Positions 38,024 to 50,172 of a DNA stretch of 64,000 nucleotides are shown here, one piece after another. The stretch covers positions 79,608,001 through 79,672,000 of the forward strand of contig NC_043000.1 in the NCBI RefSeq assembly GCF_006345805.1. Direction: 5' to 3'. The notes under the pieces are model-generated. The model was not told the origin of the DNA. It saw only the letters and a list, made by a program, of their open reading frames with translations, and did no database searches. Source of the stretch: Octopus sinensis (lineage: Eukaryota). Made by a program: the position numbers and the translations under genes. Every line of letters starts with the position of its first letter. Within the stretch, counting starts at the first letter, position 1.

Positions 38024-38125
38024 TTACTCACGTTGTGATTGGTGTCAACAAAGATGGCCTGTGTCCTCGAACTCTGAAGTATTTGAAAGCTGTTCTTGCT
38101 GGAAAATGGATTGTTACCCTTGACT
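38024..38125 (+). CDS. BARD1: BARD1 exon (BRCT1, second half)
   Basis: tag|TTACTC...GACT|gtaagt. (V)THVVIGVNKDGLCPRTLKYLKAVLAGKWIVTLD(W), a BRCT THVV...TLKY...G.WIV..W motif. Phase 1 to phase 1. Confidence 0.93.
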
Positions 38126-38217
38126 GTAAGTTTTGAGAAATTATAATATTTCTATGTAACTCATGTTTTTATTCTTGTCCATGCACATAAACGTATGTGC
38201 ACACATAGATATATTTG

Positions 38218-38620
38218 CAGGCGCAGGAGTGGCTGTGTGGTAAGTAGCTTGCTTAATAACCACATGGTTCCAGGTTCTGTCCCACTGCATGTGGGACTTG
38301 GGCAAGTGTCTTCTACTATAGCCCCGGGCCAACCAAAGCCTTGTGAGTGCATTTCGTAGACAGAAACTGAAAGAAGCCTGTCGTATATATGTATATATAT
38401 GTATATGTGTGTGTATATGTTTGTGTGTCTGTGTTTGTCCCACCCCCAACATCGCTTGACAACCGATGGTGGTGTGTTTATGTCCCTGTAACTTAGTGGT
38501 TCGGCTAAAGAGACCAATAGAATAAGTACTAGGCTTACAAAGAATAAGTCCTGGGGTCAGTTTGCTTGACTAAAGGCAGTGCTCCAGCATGGCTGCAGTT
38601 AAATGACTGAAACAAGTGAA
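38218..38620 (+). mobile_element. tRNA/CORE-like SINE plus 3' extension
   Basis: GGAGTGGCTGTGTGGTAAG (A box), GGTTCTGTCCC (B-box-like) and CTTGGGCAAGTGTCTTCTACTATAGCC core; the 3' part is shared with 46170-46390. Confidence 0.82.
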
Positions 38621-39623
38621 AGAAAGAAAAGAAAGAAATGCATATTCAGACATTATTGTGTTGTGCTGGTGCCACATAAAAGCACTGGTGTTGGTGTCAC
38701 ATAAGAAACACTGGTGATGGTGCCATGTAAAAAGCACCCAGTATGCTCTGTAAAGTGGATGGCATTAAGAGCATCCAGCTGTAGAAACCAAGCCAAAACA
38801 GATCATGGAACCTAGTGTGGCCCCTGTCAGTTCCTGTCAAGTTGTTTAACCCATGTCAGCATGGTAAACAGATGTTAAATGATGATGAAGTAGAGAACAA
38901 AAATGTTTAATTAATTAGAAATTACCTTTGTAGTGAGGAGAGTTAAACATGATTATCATCATCATTGTCATCATTGCCATTTTAATGTCCACTTTTCCAT
39001 GCTTGCATGGGCCAGACAGAGTTTATGAAAATAGATTTTCTACAGCTGGATACCCTTCCTGTTGCTAACCCCCACATGTTTCTATGCATGGTAATATTTC
39101 CCTGTGATCAAGCATGTTTTCACAGAATGTTCAGAATAAATGACATTTATTTATGATTACGACACGATGTCAATACAAAGAGACACATACACACACTCAC
39201 ATACACATGTATGTATATGACAAGCTGCTTTCAGTTTCTGTTTACCAAACCTGGGATTATAGTGGAAAGCTCTGCCATACAATGAGACTGAACCCAAAAC
39301 CATGTGGTTGAGAAAGTATTTAAGTATGTACTTTTACATTTTGAGTTCAAAACTTGCTGTTGTCAACTCTGACAAGGTCAATAAAATAATATACTGGTCA
39401 TATACTGAGATCAATTTAATCAACTGTTTCTGTACCAAAGAACTGCTAATGTTAGAAATCACTATTATTTTATGTTAAATGTTGTAGATGTTTATTTATG
39501 ATATTTGTTAATAATCATGGGGTTTAATTCTTTTTGGAAACATTGAATGAAGGTTTAATAAATTATTCTTTTCAATATGTCCACCAATTTTTTCTTACTA
39601 TTGTTCATGTATCATTATGATAG

Positions 39624-39745
39624 GGTTACGTACTTGTGTTGAATATGGTTATCAAGTATCTGAAGAACCTTTTGAAGTTGCAGGCTCTACCAGCAACCCA
39701 TTTTCTTTTGCCCCATTTAAAGGTCGTATGAATAAATTAAAACAA
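39624..39745 (+). CDS. BARD1: BARD1 exon (end of BRCT1 and inter-BRCT linker)
   Basis: tag|GGTTAC...AAACAA|gtaagt. (W)LRTCVEYGYQVSEEPFEVAGSTSNPFSFAPFKGRMNKLKQ; completes the TGG codon split across the intron. Confidence 0.9.
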
Positions 39746-40833
39746 GTAAGTTGATATTTCCTTCACTATGTTTTCACTAATTGTTTTAGGTGCTCGTGTA
39801 GTTACAAGCAAACATAGACATAGCTTTGGCTCTCCCACCCTTGGCCCAGCAGGAACTCCAGCATGTGACTGTTGGAGGAAAAGAGGGTTGCACCAACACT
39901 ATTTTTGTATTTATTTTTCAAACTGAGTAAACTAAAGCAGTGTGAAATGAAGTACCTTCCTCAAGAATACTGCTTGGTCCAGGAATCAAATCCATGACCT
40001 TACAGTTGTGAGTCTAACACCCTAATCATTATGCCTCACTCCATGCTGTCTTAGTAAAATGAATAGATAATAGAAATATATAGATTCTGATAAGTCAGTT
40101 TGTATTGCCTTTGTTTTGTATTGTACAGAACCACCAATATTCTAGAGTGATTTGACTATGTTAGAAAGTAATTTCAATGAGATGCTTTCATCATATCATC
40201 TGTGTGTTGCATATGCTGTCTGCAAAATTACCATGTTCAACAAACTTGTTTTACCAGCACTCCATTTCTGGATTAATTCAGGAATGCTAGGTATATGAAT
40301 GAAGTAGATCATTCAAGATTGTTATAGAAACAATTTACACATCCCTGTCCACATGAATGGAAAGTATATAAAAGAACATAGAAAAAGATTCAACTGTTAA
40401 TTATCCAAACTGAGTGTCTCCTGAACTCAAGTTAACCAATAATATTGCAAAATATCTGATAAAACACCTGTGGATGTAGTAAGAAATTATTCAGAAATAC
40501 ACTGGAGATGGGTGATGTGTCACATTCTGATCAGACAATACTCTACAGATAATTTTAAAATCCCTTATAATTTCTAGTCTCTGATTATAAGCAGTAAATT
40601 ACTACAACTTGTATAAATTACCCAAGTTACCAATGTTCCAACTGAATATTCACATTCCAAGGAAACTTGTGGTGGTCTGTATCAGTAAAAGTTATAGTTG
40701 TTTCACTCAACTATACTCATCTTACTTCAGTGAATTTTGATCCAATATGAGAAACTAGTGTGACTATGGCTGTTGTTATTTCTACTTACATGTTTTTATC
40801 AAGCCTTTTATTCCTATTTTTTCCTTTCTACAG

Positions 40834-41184
40834 CTGCCTCGATTATTTGATGGATGTCAATTCTACTTTCATGGAGCTTTCAACTCACCTGTACCAACCA
40901 AAGAAGAGCTGATGGATTTAGTTAAGCAAGGAGGTGGTCATGTATTGTCTCGAGAACCAAGACTTCATACACTTGATGAGCTTAATTTGACTGTTCCTTA
41001 TCATGCTGTTAACTGTGATAACAACATTAGCCAATGTGGACTGTTTATTGTATATGCTGAGAAAACTCATGATCTCACCTTTCACCAACACCCTAAACTA
41101 TGTACTGTCTCAGTGTCTTGCCTTATGGAGAGTATAGCAACCTTCTTTCTGTGTAAACTATATGGAATTATACCTCAGCTTTAA
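40834..41184 (+). CDS. BARD1: BARD1 last coding exon (BRCT2 and stop)
   Basis: Polypyrimidine tract, then cag|CTGCCT. LPRLFDGCQFYFHGAF...LMDLVKQGGGHVLSREP, matching BARD1 LPKLFDGCYFYL.GTF...LI.LV..GGG.ILSR.P. TAA at 41182-41184. Confidence 0.95.
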   Translation: MPRLFDGCQFYFHGAFNSPVPTKEELMDLVKQGGGHVLSREPRLHTLDELNLTVPYHAVNCDNNISQCGLFIVYAEKTHDLTFHQHPKLCTVSVSCLMESIATFFLCKLYGIIPQL

Positions 41185-43215
41185 TGGACTCGTCATCACA
41201 ACTTTCTACTGTATTGAGGTTATACATGATGTTTGTCTTTTTCTGTTGAGCTGTTGAAGTTATCTGCAACCATTTTTTTAATGAACAAAATCTGTCTTCC
41301 AATATTTTGCAGCTAAACTGAAGGTACTCTACAAAAAATGTTTTTTTACTGAACTGAGTTTACTTTCCAATATTTTCCTGATCTTTTTCTAACAAACTGA
41401 GGTTATCCCGCAATATTTTCCTACTGAACTGTGGCTTTCCTGTAATATATTTTTATTGATCTGAAACTATAATATAATATTTTTCTATTAAATATAATAT
41501 ACTATAATATCTTTCTATTAAACAGATGCCACCCACCCTTATTTTTTTTTTAGCTGTTTAAAATATATTTTTGTATTTATTGAAGTCAAGCGACAGAAAC
41601 ACAAGGTCCATATTCTTTGTTAATTATAGATTGAAGGTTTATAAGTGATAACTGGATGAAGATTCTGTTAAATTGTTCAATGTTATTTATCTTGATTACT
41701 AAACTTTTTTTTTTGATCTGAAGGAGAGGGCAGGGCTCACAATCCTTTTAGGTCCTCACAAGCTAAAATGTAGGGATAACATTGTTAGGTATGTAATAAA
41801 ACCAAAGGTATTGCATTAAGTGCTTTACAATAAATTGTTCCTCCCTCTATCTTGTGAGTTCAAATCCTACCAAGATCAGTGTTTTGCCTTTCATTAGTGG
41901 TAAAGTGATAAAGTAACTATCAGTGCTGTACTATCAACATATCACTCCCAATTAGTTGTGATGTAATATTTTGAATGAGACAATTGAAGTTTGAAATTGT
42001 CTGCAACTGTGCAAAGATAGCTGAAATTTGAACTAATCCTTACAGTTGTGAATTTTGTAAAATTATTTTACAATATTGTGATATTATATTTTTTGTTTTA
42101 ATATATACCTATGTATTATGTTATGTTTATAGTAATATTTACTGTTTTTCATACTAGAGAATGTGTTGTTTTTTGTATATATATATAATAATATTGACCA
42201 TTTGTTTTAATATACTGGAGAACATGTTATGTGACTTTTTATGCAGTAATATTATTTGTGGTTTAATATAATGTCTATTATCTTGATTATTTCCACAGTA
42301 AATTACTGTAATTCAATAGTTCAGTTAATGTGGCATATTTAATGTAATCAGCATCACATACTTAATTAGAAATTATTATATGGTCAGGAAAAGGCAATAT
42401 TTACTATTATATCACAGCAAAAATAGGAGGCAACTGTGAAAATTATTTACATTTGACAGATATTTGTCCTCATCTTGTTTGTTGTTGACAAATATATCAA
42501 ATGTAAATAATGTACATTAATTCCTCATCTCTTAAATATAGAATTGAACTGTGGACATGTTTTCACCTTATTGGACCCCTTTCAACAAAGCATATGTTTC
42601 ATTATATTTTAACTTTATTGACTTGTTTTTTAAAATATGTTTCCACTCATATTTGCGTTACTTTTATACAGTGTTGTATATAGACTTAATTACTTTCTCA
42701 TTTGACTCTGGCAGGGAAGGTAAATTGCTTCACAGAGGAAGTCTAATAAAACATTAGTTGTCTCCCATACTTACCACAATAATGAAAATAGTGTCATTAA
42801 GTTAATGTTGCCTTTTCTTTGACACATAATTATTTCTAATGAGATTTTTTTTTTGACGTTTTGAACATTAATTATGTTAACATTAACTTGACTATTGTTT
42901 TTTTCATGCAGATGATGTGTCTAAGTAGTTATTCTTGTAATTTATTTCATTATAATCCTGTTAATTACGAAGGTGGATCAGCCCAATTGCCAGAGCATTG
43001 TATAAGATTGACCCTAATGCTCAACATAACTCCTGCCATTAAATTCATGGCTTTGTGTCTATATAAGAAAATATAATTCATTCAGCTCTCAGTTAAAATG
43101 ATGACACCAGAATATTAAAAGCCCATTGACTCCAGCTGGATTTGAACTCAGAATGTGAAGGAACATGACAAAATATATTTCGACAAACAATTACCAAATC
43201 TACCTTTTCTACTCA

Positions 43216-43248
<33 letters not shown>

Positions 43249-43416
43249 TTCAAATTTTGGCACAAGGCCAGCAATTACGAGGGTGGTGTAAGTCGATTAC
43301 ATCAATAGACAAATAAGCATTTTGCCCAGCATGCTTATGATGCTGTCAGCTCTCCACCTTAATAGTTATAATAATAATAATGACAATTTCTAATAATGGC
43401 ACAAGGTCATAGTTTA

Positions 43417-44800
43417 TCTATAAATATAAAACAAAGGATGTCTGTGTGTGTAATATGTTTGCATTTCTACAGTTTTTAACCGATTTTCACCAAACCTTAT
43501 ACACACATTACTTAAGTGCTACAGATGGTCATGCACTATAATATTTTGCCTAGAGCTCCTGCATAATGCAACAAACCAACTGTGAAAAAAAGTACTCCAT
43601 CTATTAAAATACACTTTTTAAAACCGTTGTGTAATATTGCTTCACTTTTATTTTCTCAGTATTCTGTATGTGTTTGCATGTTCGATGCATACGAGATAGT
43701 ACAGGATATTTCAAACTACGATGATGATGTTACATATATGAATGTGTATGCATCTTTGAGTGTATGAGTGTGTGTGTTTCCATGTTAGGTACGCTATTAA
43801 ACACACAGACATCTACACACACATACACACGTGATGACTGTTATGCGTGAATATATGTCTGTAGGTGTCTCTCTTACTATATGCCTGTGTCTGTATGTGA
43901 GAGCGTATGTGGGCATATTGTCACATTTTGTATATGAATGTGTCTGTGAGTGTGTTTGTGTTTGCGCACCTGCTATGTTATCAAACACACACACATCTAC
44001 ACAAACTCTTGAAAAAAAAAACAATTACATGGAAGGTTCAAGTTATATAAAAATACACATCTACCATCCCATTAACAGTTCATAGTTATCACAGCAGTTG
44101 CAAGGTTTCAAGGTATTTACAATTTGTTTATATTTAGTTACTTTACACTGCATACAAAAATATAAACACATACTACATTCATACAACTGCTTACAAAAAT
44201 AGAAATTAATGAATATTTTTTTCTATGTACATAATTTTTTGTTTAAAATATTGAAAAAAAACTATGCCACTATAGGAAAAATGTAATCTCTCCAGAAACA
44301 CCTATAAAACAAGGAGGAGTGCAGAAAACCAAAGGTGAGTCTCTCAAGAGATAAGGGACATGAGACTTTCTCAAGATCAGCAAAGGCATGCTGCAGTACA
44401 TCAGATGGAGTCTCAAGAGAGAAGGGAGATGAGACTTTCCCAAGATCATCAAAGGCAATGCTGCAGCACTTAATGCTGAATCATTAAAACAACATTTAGC
44501 ATGCCAGATAGAATAGCTCTCCGAAACAGACTAATGTACAAAATTTGTTCTTCACAACACCTGGAGCTGCTTTCAGATATGATCCATCCCATTCTTATAA
44601 AAATCATAATTCTGTCCAAATTGGTGTACTAATCTCAAATTGTCATTTATGCACAGCTTTAACATTTACTCCACAAATGTTTTGTTGTCAATGCTGCACT
44701 TTCCTGTATCACCTGTTTCAACATGAATGTAATATAATATATATATACACACACAAACTATGCTGTTTTAATCCCAAGCAACGCTGGGTACATCTGCTAG
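43417..44800 (+). mobile_element. Internally deleted Helitron retaining a RepHel N-terminal remnant
   Basis: A|TCTATAAATATAAAACAAAGGATG 5' end; CCCAAGCAACGCTGGG hairpin plus CTAG|T at 44800. Remnant peptides ESQE.R.MRLSQD (x2) and AAFRYDPS..Y.NH.SV.IG...C.LC.AL.F...MFCC. Confidence 0.85.
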
Positions 44801-45039
44801 TAAGTTAAGTACAATGACTTGAATACTTCACAGATACCTAATTTCATTCACTTTGGAAGGATTAAATGCAAAATCAGGTGATAGAACAATAATAATTTCT
44901 AATTTATGCATTTGATCAGCAGTTTTGAGGGGAAAGGGTTTAGCTGAAACCATTGACAGGTGCTACTGCTAGTAATAATGTTGCATTTAGTGGATTATTC
45001 AGTTTATAGACCTGAGCAATAAAGAAAAAAGATGAAGAG

Positions 45040-45205
45040 GCACAGTTGTGGCTGTATGGTAAGAAGCTTGCTTTCTACCCACATGGTTCGGGGTTCAGTC
45101 TCACTGTGTGACACCTTGGGCAAGTGTCTTTTACTATAGCCTCGGGCTGACCAAAGCCTTGTTAGTGGATTTGGTAGATGGAAACTGAAAGAAGCCCATC
45201 GTATC
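45040..45205 (+). mobile_element. tRNA/CORE-like SINE
   Basis: GTGGCTGTATGGTAAGAAGCTTGC...GGGTTCAGTCTC...CCTTGGGCAAGTGTC...GAAACTGAAAGAAGCCC. Confidence 0.85.
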
Positions 45206-46150
45206 ATCATCATTTAACGTCCATTGTCTATGCTGGCATGGGTTGGACAGTTTGACCAAGGAATGGCAACCTGAAAGGCTGCACCAGACTCCAGTCTGAT
45301 GTGGCATCCCCTTCCTATCGCCAACCACTCCAAGAGTGTAATGGGTGTTTTTATGTTCCGCTGGTGTGGGTGCCATTTGTGTGACACTAGTATATTCCAT
45401 GACTACAATTTTACTTGGCTTGACGGGTCTTCTCAAGCATGACATAATGTCACAAGTCTCAGTGAGGGCCAATGCTTGAAAGCAGCTTTTCATAAGGCAC
45501 AATGTTTGAAAGGTGCTTTTTACATGCCAGTTACATGACACCAGCATCAGCCATAACTACGATTTCACTTGACAGGTTTTCTCAAGTACAGCATATCACC
45601 AAAGGTCTTGGTCACTAGTCATTGCCTTAGAGGCCCAAAGTTCAAAGATCATGCTTCACCACCTCATCTCATATCTTCCTGGGTCTACCTCTATCACGGG
45701 TTCTCTCCAGTTAGAGATTAGCACTTCTTTACACAGCTGTTCTCATCCATATGCATCACATGACCATACTAATGCAGTTGTCTCTCTTGCACACCACATC
45801 TGATGCCTCTTATACCCAACTTTTCTCTCAAGATGCTTACACTCTGTTGAACATGCACAGACATTGCACATCCAGCAAAGCATAGTGGCTTCATTTCTTT
45901 CAGGCCTACACATGTCCTCAGCTGTCACAGCCCATGTTTCACTGCCATGTAGCATAGCTGTTTGCACACAGGCATCATACAATGTGTTTCACTCTGAGAG
46001 AGGCCCTTTGTTGCCAGCAGAGGTAGGAGCTTTCTAAACTTTGCCCAGCCTAATCTTATTCTCACAGCTTCCCTCTCAGGGCATCCACCTCCACTACCAA
46101 CTTGGTCATGTAGATGACGGAAGCTATCTACTACTTCTAGCTAACTCCAC
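45206..46150 (-). mobile_element. RTE-clade LINE 3' fragment
   Basis: YDACVQTAMLHGSETWAVTAEDM.. peptide and the family tail with (GAT)n. Confidence 0.82.
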
Positions 46151-46669
46151 TGGCAGTTGAAGGTATGTTTCTGTGTGTGTGTTTGTCTCCCCCCCCCATC
46201 ATCGCTTGACAACTGGTGTTGATGTGATTATGTCCCTATAACTTAGTGGTTCAGCAAAGAGGCTGATAGAATAAGTACTAAGCTTATTTTTTAAGCTTAG
46301 TACTTATTCTATCTTAGGGTTGAACTTGTTTGACAAAAACACTTCATGGCAGTGCCCTAGCATGGCTACAGTCAAGTAATTGAAACTAGTAAAAGAATAA
46401 CTGATTAAACACATTAATTAGAAATTATTTCATACATTCTTCATTAATGGTGATGATTCACCAATGTGCAAATGGTTTAAAACAACCATGTGGTTTTGTT
46501 TGGCTACAAGTATATGATGACCTTGTAGCACTTATGTCTGACAATTCTATTTTATGGACACCAATTAAGTACTTAAGTCTTCAATTATTTCTGATGGACC
46601 AAAAGATATTTTGTTTATATTGCACAATGACATCTCAATAATATTGTCTTGGTAATATGAAATAGGGTT

Positions 46670-46880
46670 AGGGCTGCGAGCTGGTAGAATCGTTAGTACA
46701 TCGGGCAAAGTGCTTAGTGGCATTTTGTCCATCTTTGTTACAAGTTCAAATTCTGCCGAGATCAACTCTGCCTTTCGTCCTCTCAGGGTTGATAAAATAA
46801 GCACCAGTTGAGCAATGGGGTTGATGTAACTGGCTTAGCCCCCTCCCTGAAATTACTGGCCTTTGCCAAATTTGGAACCA
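46670..46880 (+). mobile_element. tRNA-derived SINE (4285-5560 family)
   Basis: GCGAGCTGGTAGAATCGTTAG...AGTTCAAATTCTGCCGAG...GCCTTTCGTCCTCTCAGGGTTGATAAAATAAGCACCAG. Confidence 0.82.
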
Positions 46881-47636
46881 ATATGGAAGATTGGTTGAGC
46901 ATCAGACAAACTTTATTTACTTGTAACTCCACAATTCAAATCCTACTTTAAGAGCTACTTTGATTCAATGAGCCCTGGCAATTATTTTTATCAAACCCCA
47001 AAATAATTGCCTAGGTTGATTCAATCAACTATACTTCCAAACAAAAATAACTTTTAACCTTCTACCTGTGTTGGAAATCATTGCTATTGTAGTTTAACCC
47101 TAGGTCACCTCTGATTGAACAAACCTTTGACCAAAGATTCCCCAAACTTTGGTAGAAATTGCAGCCTAATCTCTCTAAAATTACACACTCCTAGATACAC
47201 AGTGACTGAGAGGAGGTTGGAGCAATCATAGCTGGATTTCCTTTAATAATAGGTAAGTTCAGTTGACACCAGCAGCAATATGACAGCCTGTGGGTACTGG
47301 ATCTATTATGAATAACAACCAAATTTCCATCAAATCACAACCCACTCTCTTAAAAGTATGCTGATTTATATTTGTGTAGGATATAAAACATCAGTGTAAA
47401 AATAAAATAACAAAGAATAAGTGCTTTATGAATAAAATTTCTTGTACTAGATTCAGACATAGCCATATCACTGATATCATAAAAAATACAATGAACCAAC
47501 ACAATTGCTTTGCAAATTATGATATAAAATAACAGTATGTGGTGTCAACAGTCACAACTAATCAAAAAGAAACTGACAACAGAATAAAAAGCCAACTAGT
47601 AAATTTGTGGAAAATATAATTGTATTATTTATTTAT

Positions 47637-47799
47637 TTAACATTGTCCTAGAAAAATGTTAAAAATTCGGACAGAGAAGTCATTCCCACAGGATGCCAGC
47701 ATAAACTGTGGATTGTCGTCATCTTTGTTCTGTTGTTGGTGGTGGTCTTTAATAACTCTGGAGAATTTAAGTCTTTTCACAGTTAAATGATGAGAAATT
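47637..47799 (-). CDS. ELP2: ELP2 last coding exon and stop
   Basis: atcag|AATTTC. (L)ISHHLTVKRLKFSRVIKDHHQQQNKDDDNPQFMLASCGNDFSVRIFNIFLGQC*, the last WD40 blade (H.L.V.RL...LASCG.D..VRI). AATAAA follows immediately after the stop. Confidence 0.92.
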
Positions 47800-49101
47800 C
47801 TGATAAACATAAGGAAATAGAACTGGTGCTCTTTTATTTCACTCTTTTTAGTTCTTTTTCATGTGTTTCAACTATTTTACTAATTTATTTAAAATAATGC
47901 TCTTTTCAGACTAGTTGAATGAGAGGATTCATAGGTAGCTGTAAGATGAGGAGTTAATATTTATTTTCCATTGTTGTATGTGTGTCTGTTTGCATTAAAA
48001 ATAATAGATTATAAAGGATATGAAATGCATGTATGTAATATATTCATGGTATGAATATATGCATCATATATCTAGCAAACAAAAGCAATGTAGAGAAGGG
48101 CATCTAGCCATAGATATGTTACCAAAATCGAACTTAGAAGTTAGGTATGGTCCCTTACCAATCTAAATAGGTAGTAATTATGAATAAGAACTGATTTGCC
48201 TTATGGCAACTTATTCAGCCAATGTCAACATGGAAAATGGGTGTAAATGATGATGTATAACATTAATATATATATATAAACAGTAAAAGAGAGATACAAT
48301 TGACAATCCAATAACTTATTTATAAATTATTGGATTGTCAGTTGTATCTCTTTATTCAATTTATTGTTTTTAATTTGAATTATACCCATATTTATGTGGT
48401 ATTCAACTGACATACCAGTGACTTGGCTGTTTTACACACCCCTTTGAAAGAATTATTTTCTTTAGTTTATCTTATATATATAAGATGTACAAGAGTTACT
48501 TTTACATATATATTCATAGCAGCAAGTTAGATGATTGTTTTATATAAAATCTACTTCCCCTGTTCCTACTTACCATTATTTTATGCCTGTATTCCATGAA
48601 GGCATTGGCTGGAGAGGTCATTATCATAATCAGTTCTTATTCAGTTAATATTTATCCTAAATAGATCAGAAAATCATAACTCAATCCATATTTTTATATT
48701 CAGTATGGTTTCAACAGTTGCATGTCCTTCCTAACATGAACCATTTTACAGTGTGCTGGGTGCATTTTACTGTGGCACCTACACTAATGAGGTTGCTTTC
48801 AATCCTGCAAGGCAAAGGAGTTCCCACTGGTGTACAGTGTTCATTCAAAGCAAGACAACCAATAGGATGGGTACAATAGAAGGTGGTTTGCATTGCAGGC
48901 ACTCACAAATACCCTCCTCCATCATATGTGTGAATTTCAATGTGCAATAATAAAGTAATTTTGTTATGTTTAAAATGGTAGACTTGGTTAATATAGTACA
49001 TATAAAGACCTGCAGTAATAACTGACACATACACCAAGAAATAACTAATTAACCATATTGTGGCATTAATGATAAAGGAATGGTTCTGCATGAAAGGATA
49101 C
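47800..49101 (-). other. U12-type (minor spliceosome) GT-AG intron, last intron of ELP2
   Basis: 5' splice site GTATCCTTTC is the U12 consensus RTATCCTTT. A branch-point-like TTTCCTTAT (47817-47809) lies about 10 nt before the AG, with no long polypyrimidine tract. Flanking exons join in frame. Confidence 0.88.
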
Positions 49102-49200
49102 AAGTCCAAGACTTTCAAATGCTGCCATGGTGTTGGTTGGTCAGGTGACCAGGATAACAACTCTATAATACCACTGTCCAAACCAATACTGAGTAAATAC
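49102..49200 (-). CDS. ELP2: ELP2 penultimate coding exon
   Basis: tgcag|GTATTT...GACTT|gtatcctttc. (K)YLLSIGLDSGIIELLSWSPDQPTPWQHLKVLD(L); phase 2 to phase 2. Confidence 0.9.
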
Positions 49201-50172
49201 CTGCAAAATATATATATATATATAACAATAATTACAATGATCAAATGAAACAGAATAGCTGGGAGTTTAAGATGCTGGACTACTGCTGGACAGCTGTAAG
49301 TTTAGATCTTACTATATTATGTCCTTGTAGATATCCTCCCATTCTACTTGATCTAGTTTCCTGAACAAAACTAGTAATTTAAGAAGTGGAGTCTGTTTTG
49401 TGTGATTAGCAGTAGAAAGTGCATCTATGCAGCTGAAAACCACTTGTTCCAACCAATAATTCTTCCCATCCATGCTTGCATGATAAAAAATGAATAAAAT
49501 AGGCAGCAGACTGGCCAACATGTGTGATATTGTATATGGTTGGTAATGTATGAAGACCTGAGGCAAATATGATCCATCAGATGTACAGCAGTAACGTAAA
49601 AGAGTAGGTGTGAGCTGAGTGGCTGCCATTAAAGTTACTAATTTATATATGTTGGAGAGATGATTGTGTTGCTATGGAGATGTGATGTGACAGGATGGTA
49701 ATTACACGGTGTAGTGCTAATGAAGGGGAGCAAATAGGAGATGAGAACAAGTGAAGTCATGATGTCATATCTCAGGATGTTGAGTCTAGATGAGATGACA
49801 AACAATTCAGGATAAGTGGCAATTTTCCACATTGCAGACCCAGCTAACATACACTAGTTTGGGAAAATAGATATCAAATGATTATGATGAATAGTAAATT
49901 TCATTTTTGGATTTGGTTTGCAAGATTCTTTATGTGAGTTCGTGTGTTGAAGCATATTCTGTAGTGATTCTCTTTTGGTGCCTTATAATTTAACACACTC
50001 ACCAGTAAAATCTCCACTTATTTCTTTCTTATTTTCCTAAAATTTTTGTTGCATCTTGCAACCTTTTCAATAGTTTTGACTGTCCGTTATTCACACTGCG
50101 AACCTTTTTGTTTGTGTGCATGTGGGTGGGTTAGTATGTGTGTGCCTACACATGCATGTGTGTGCCTACACT

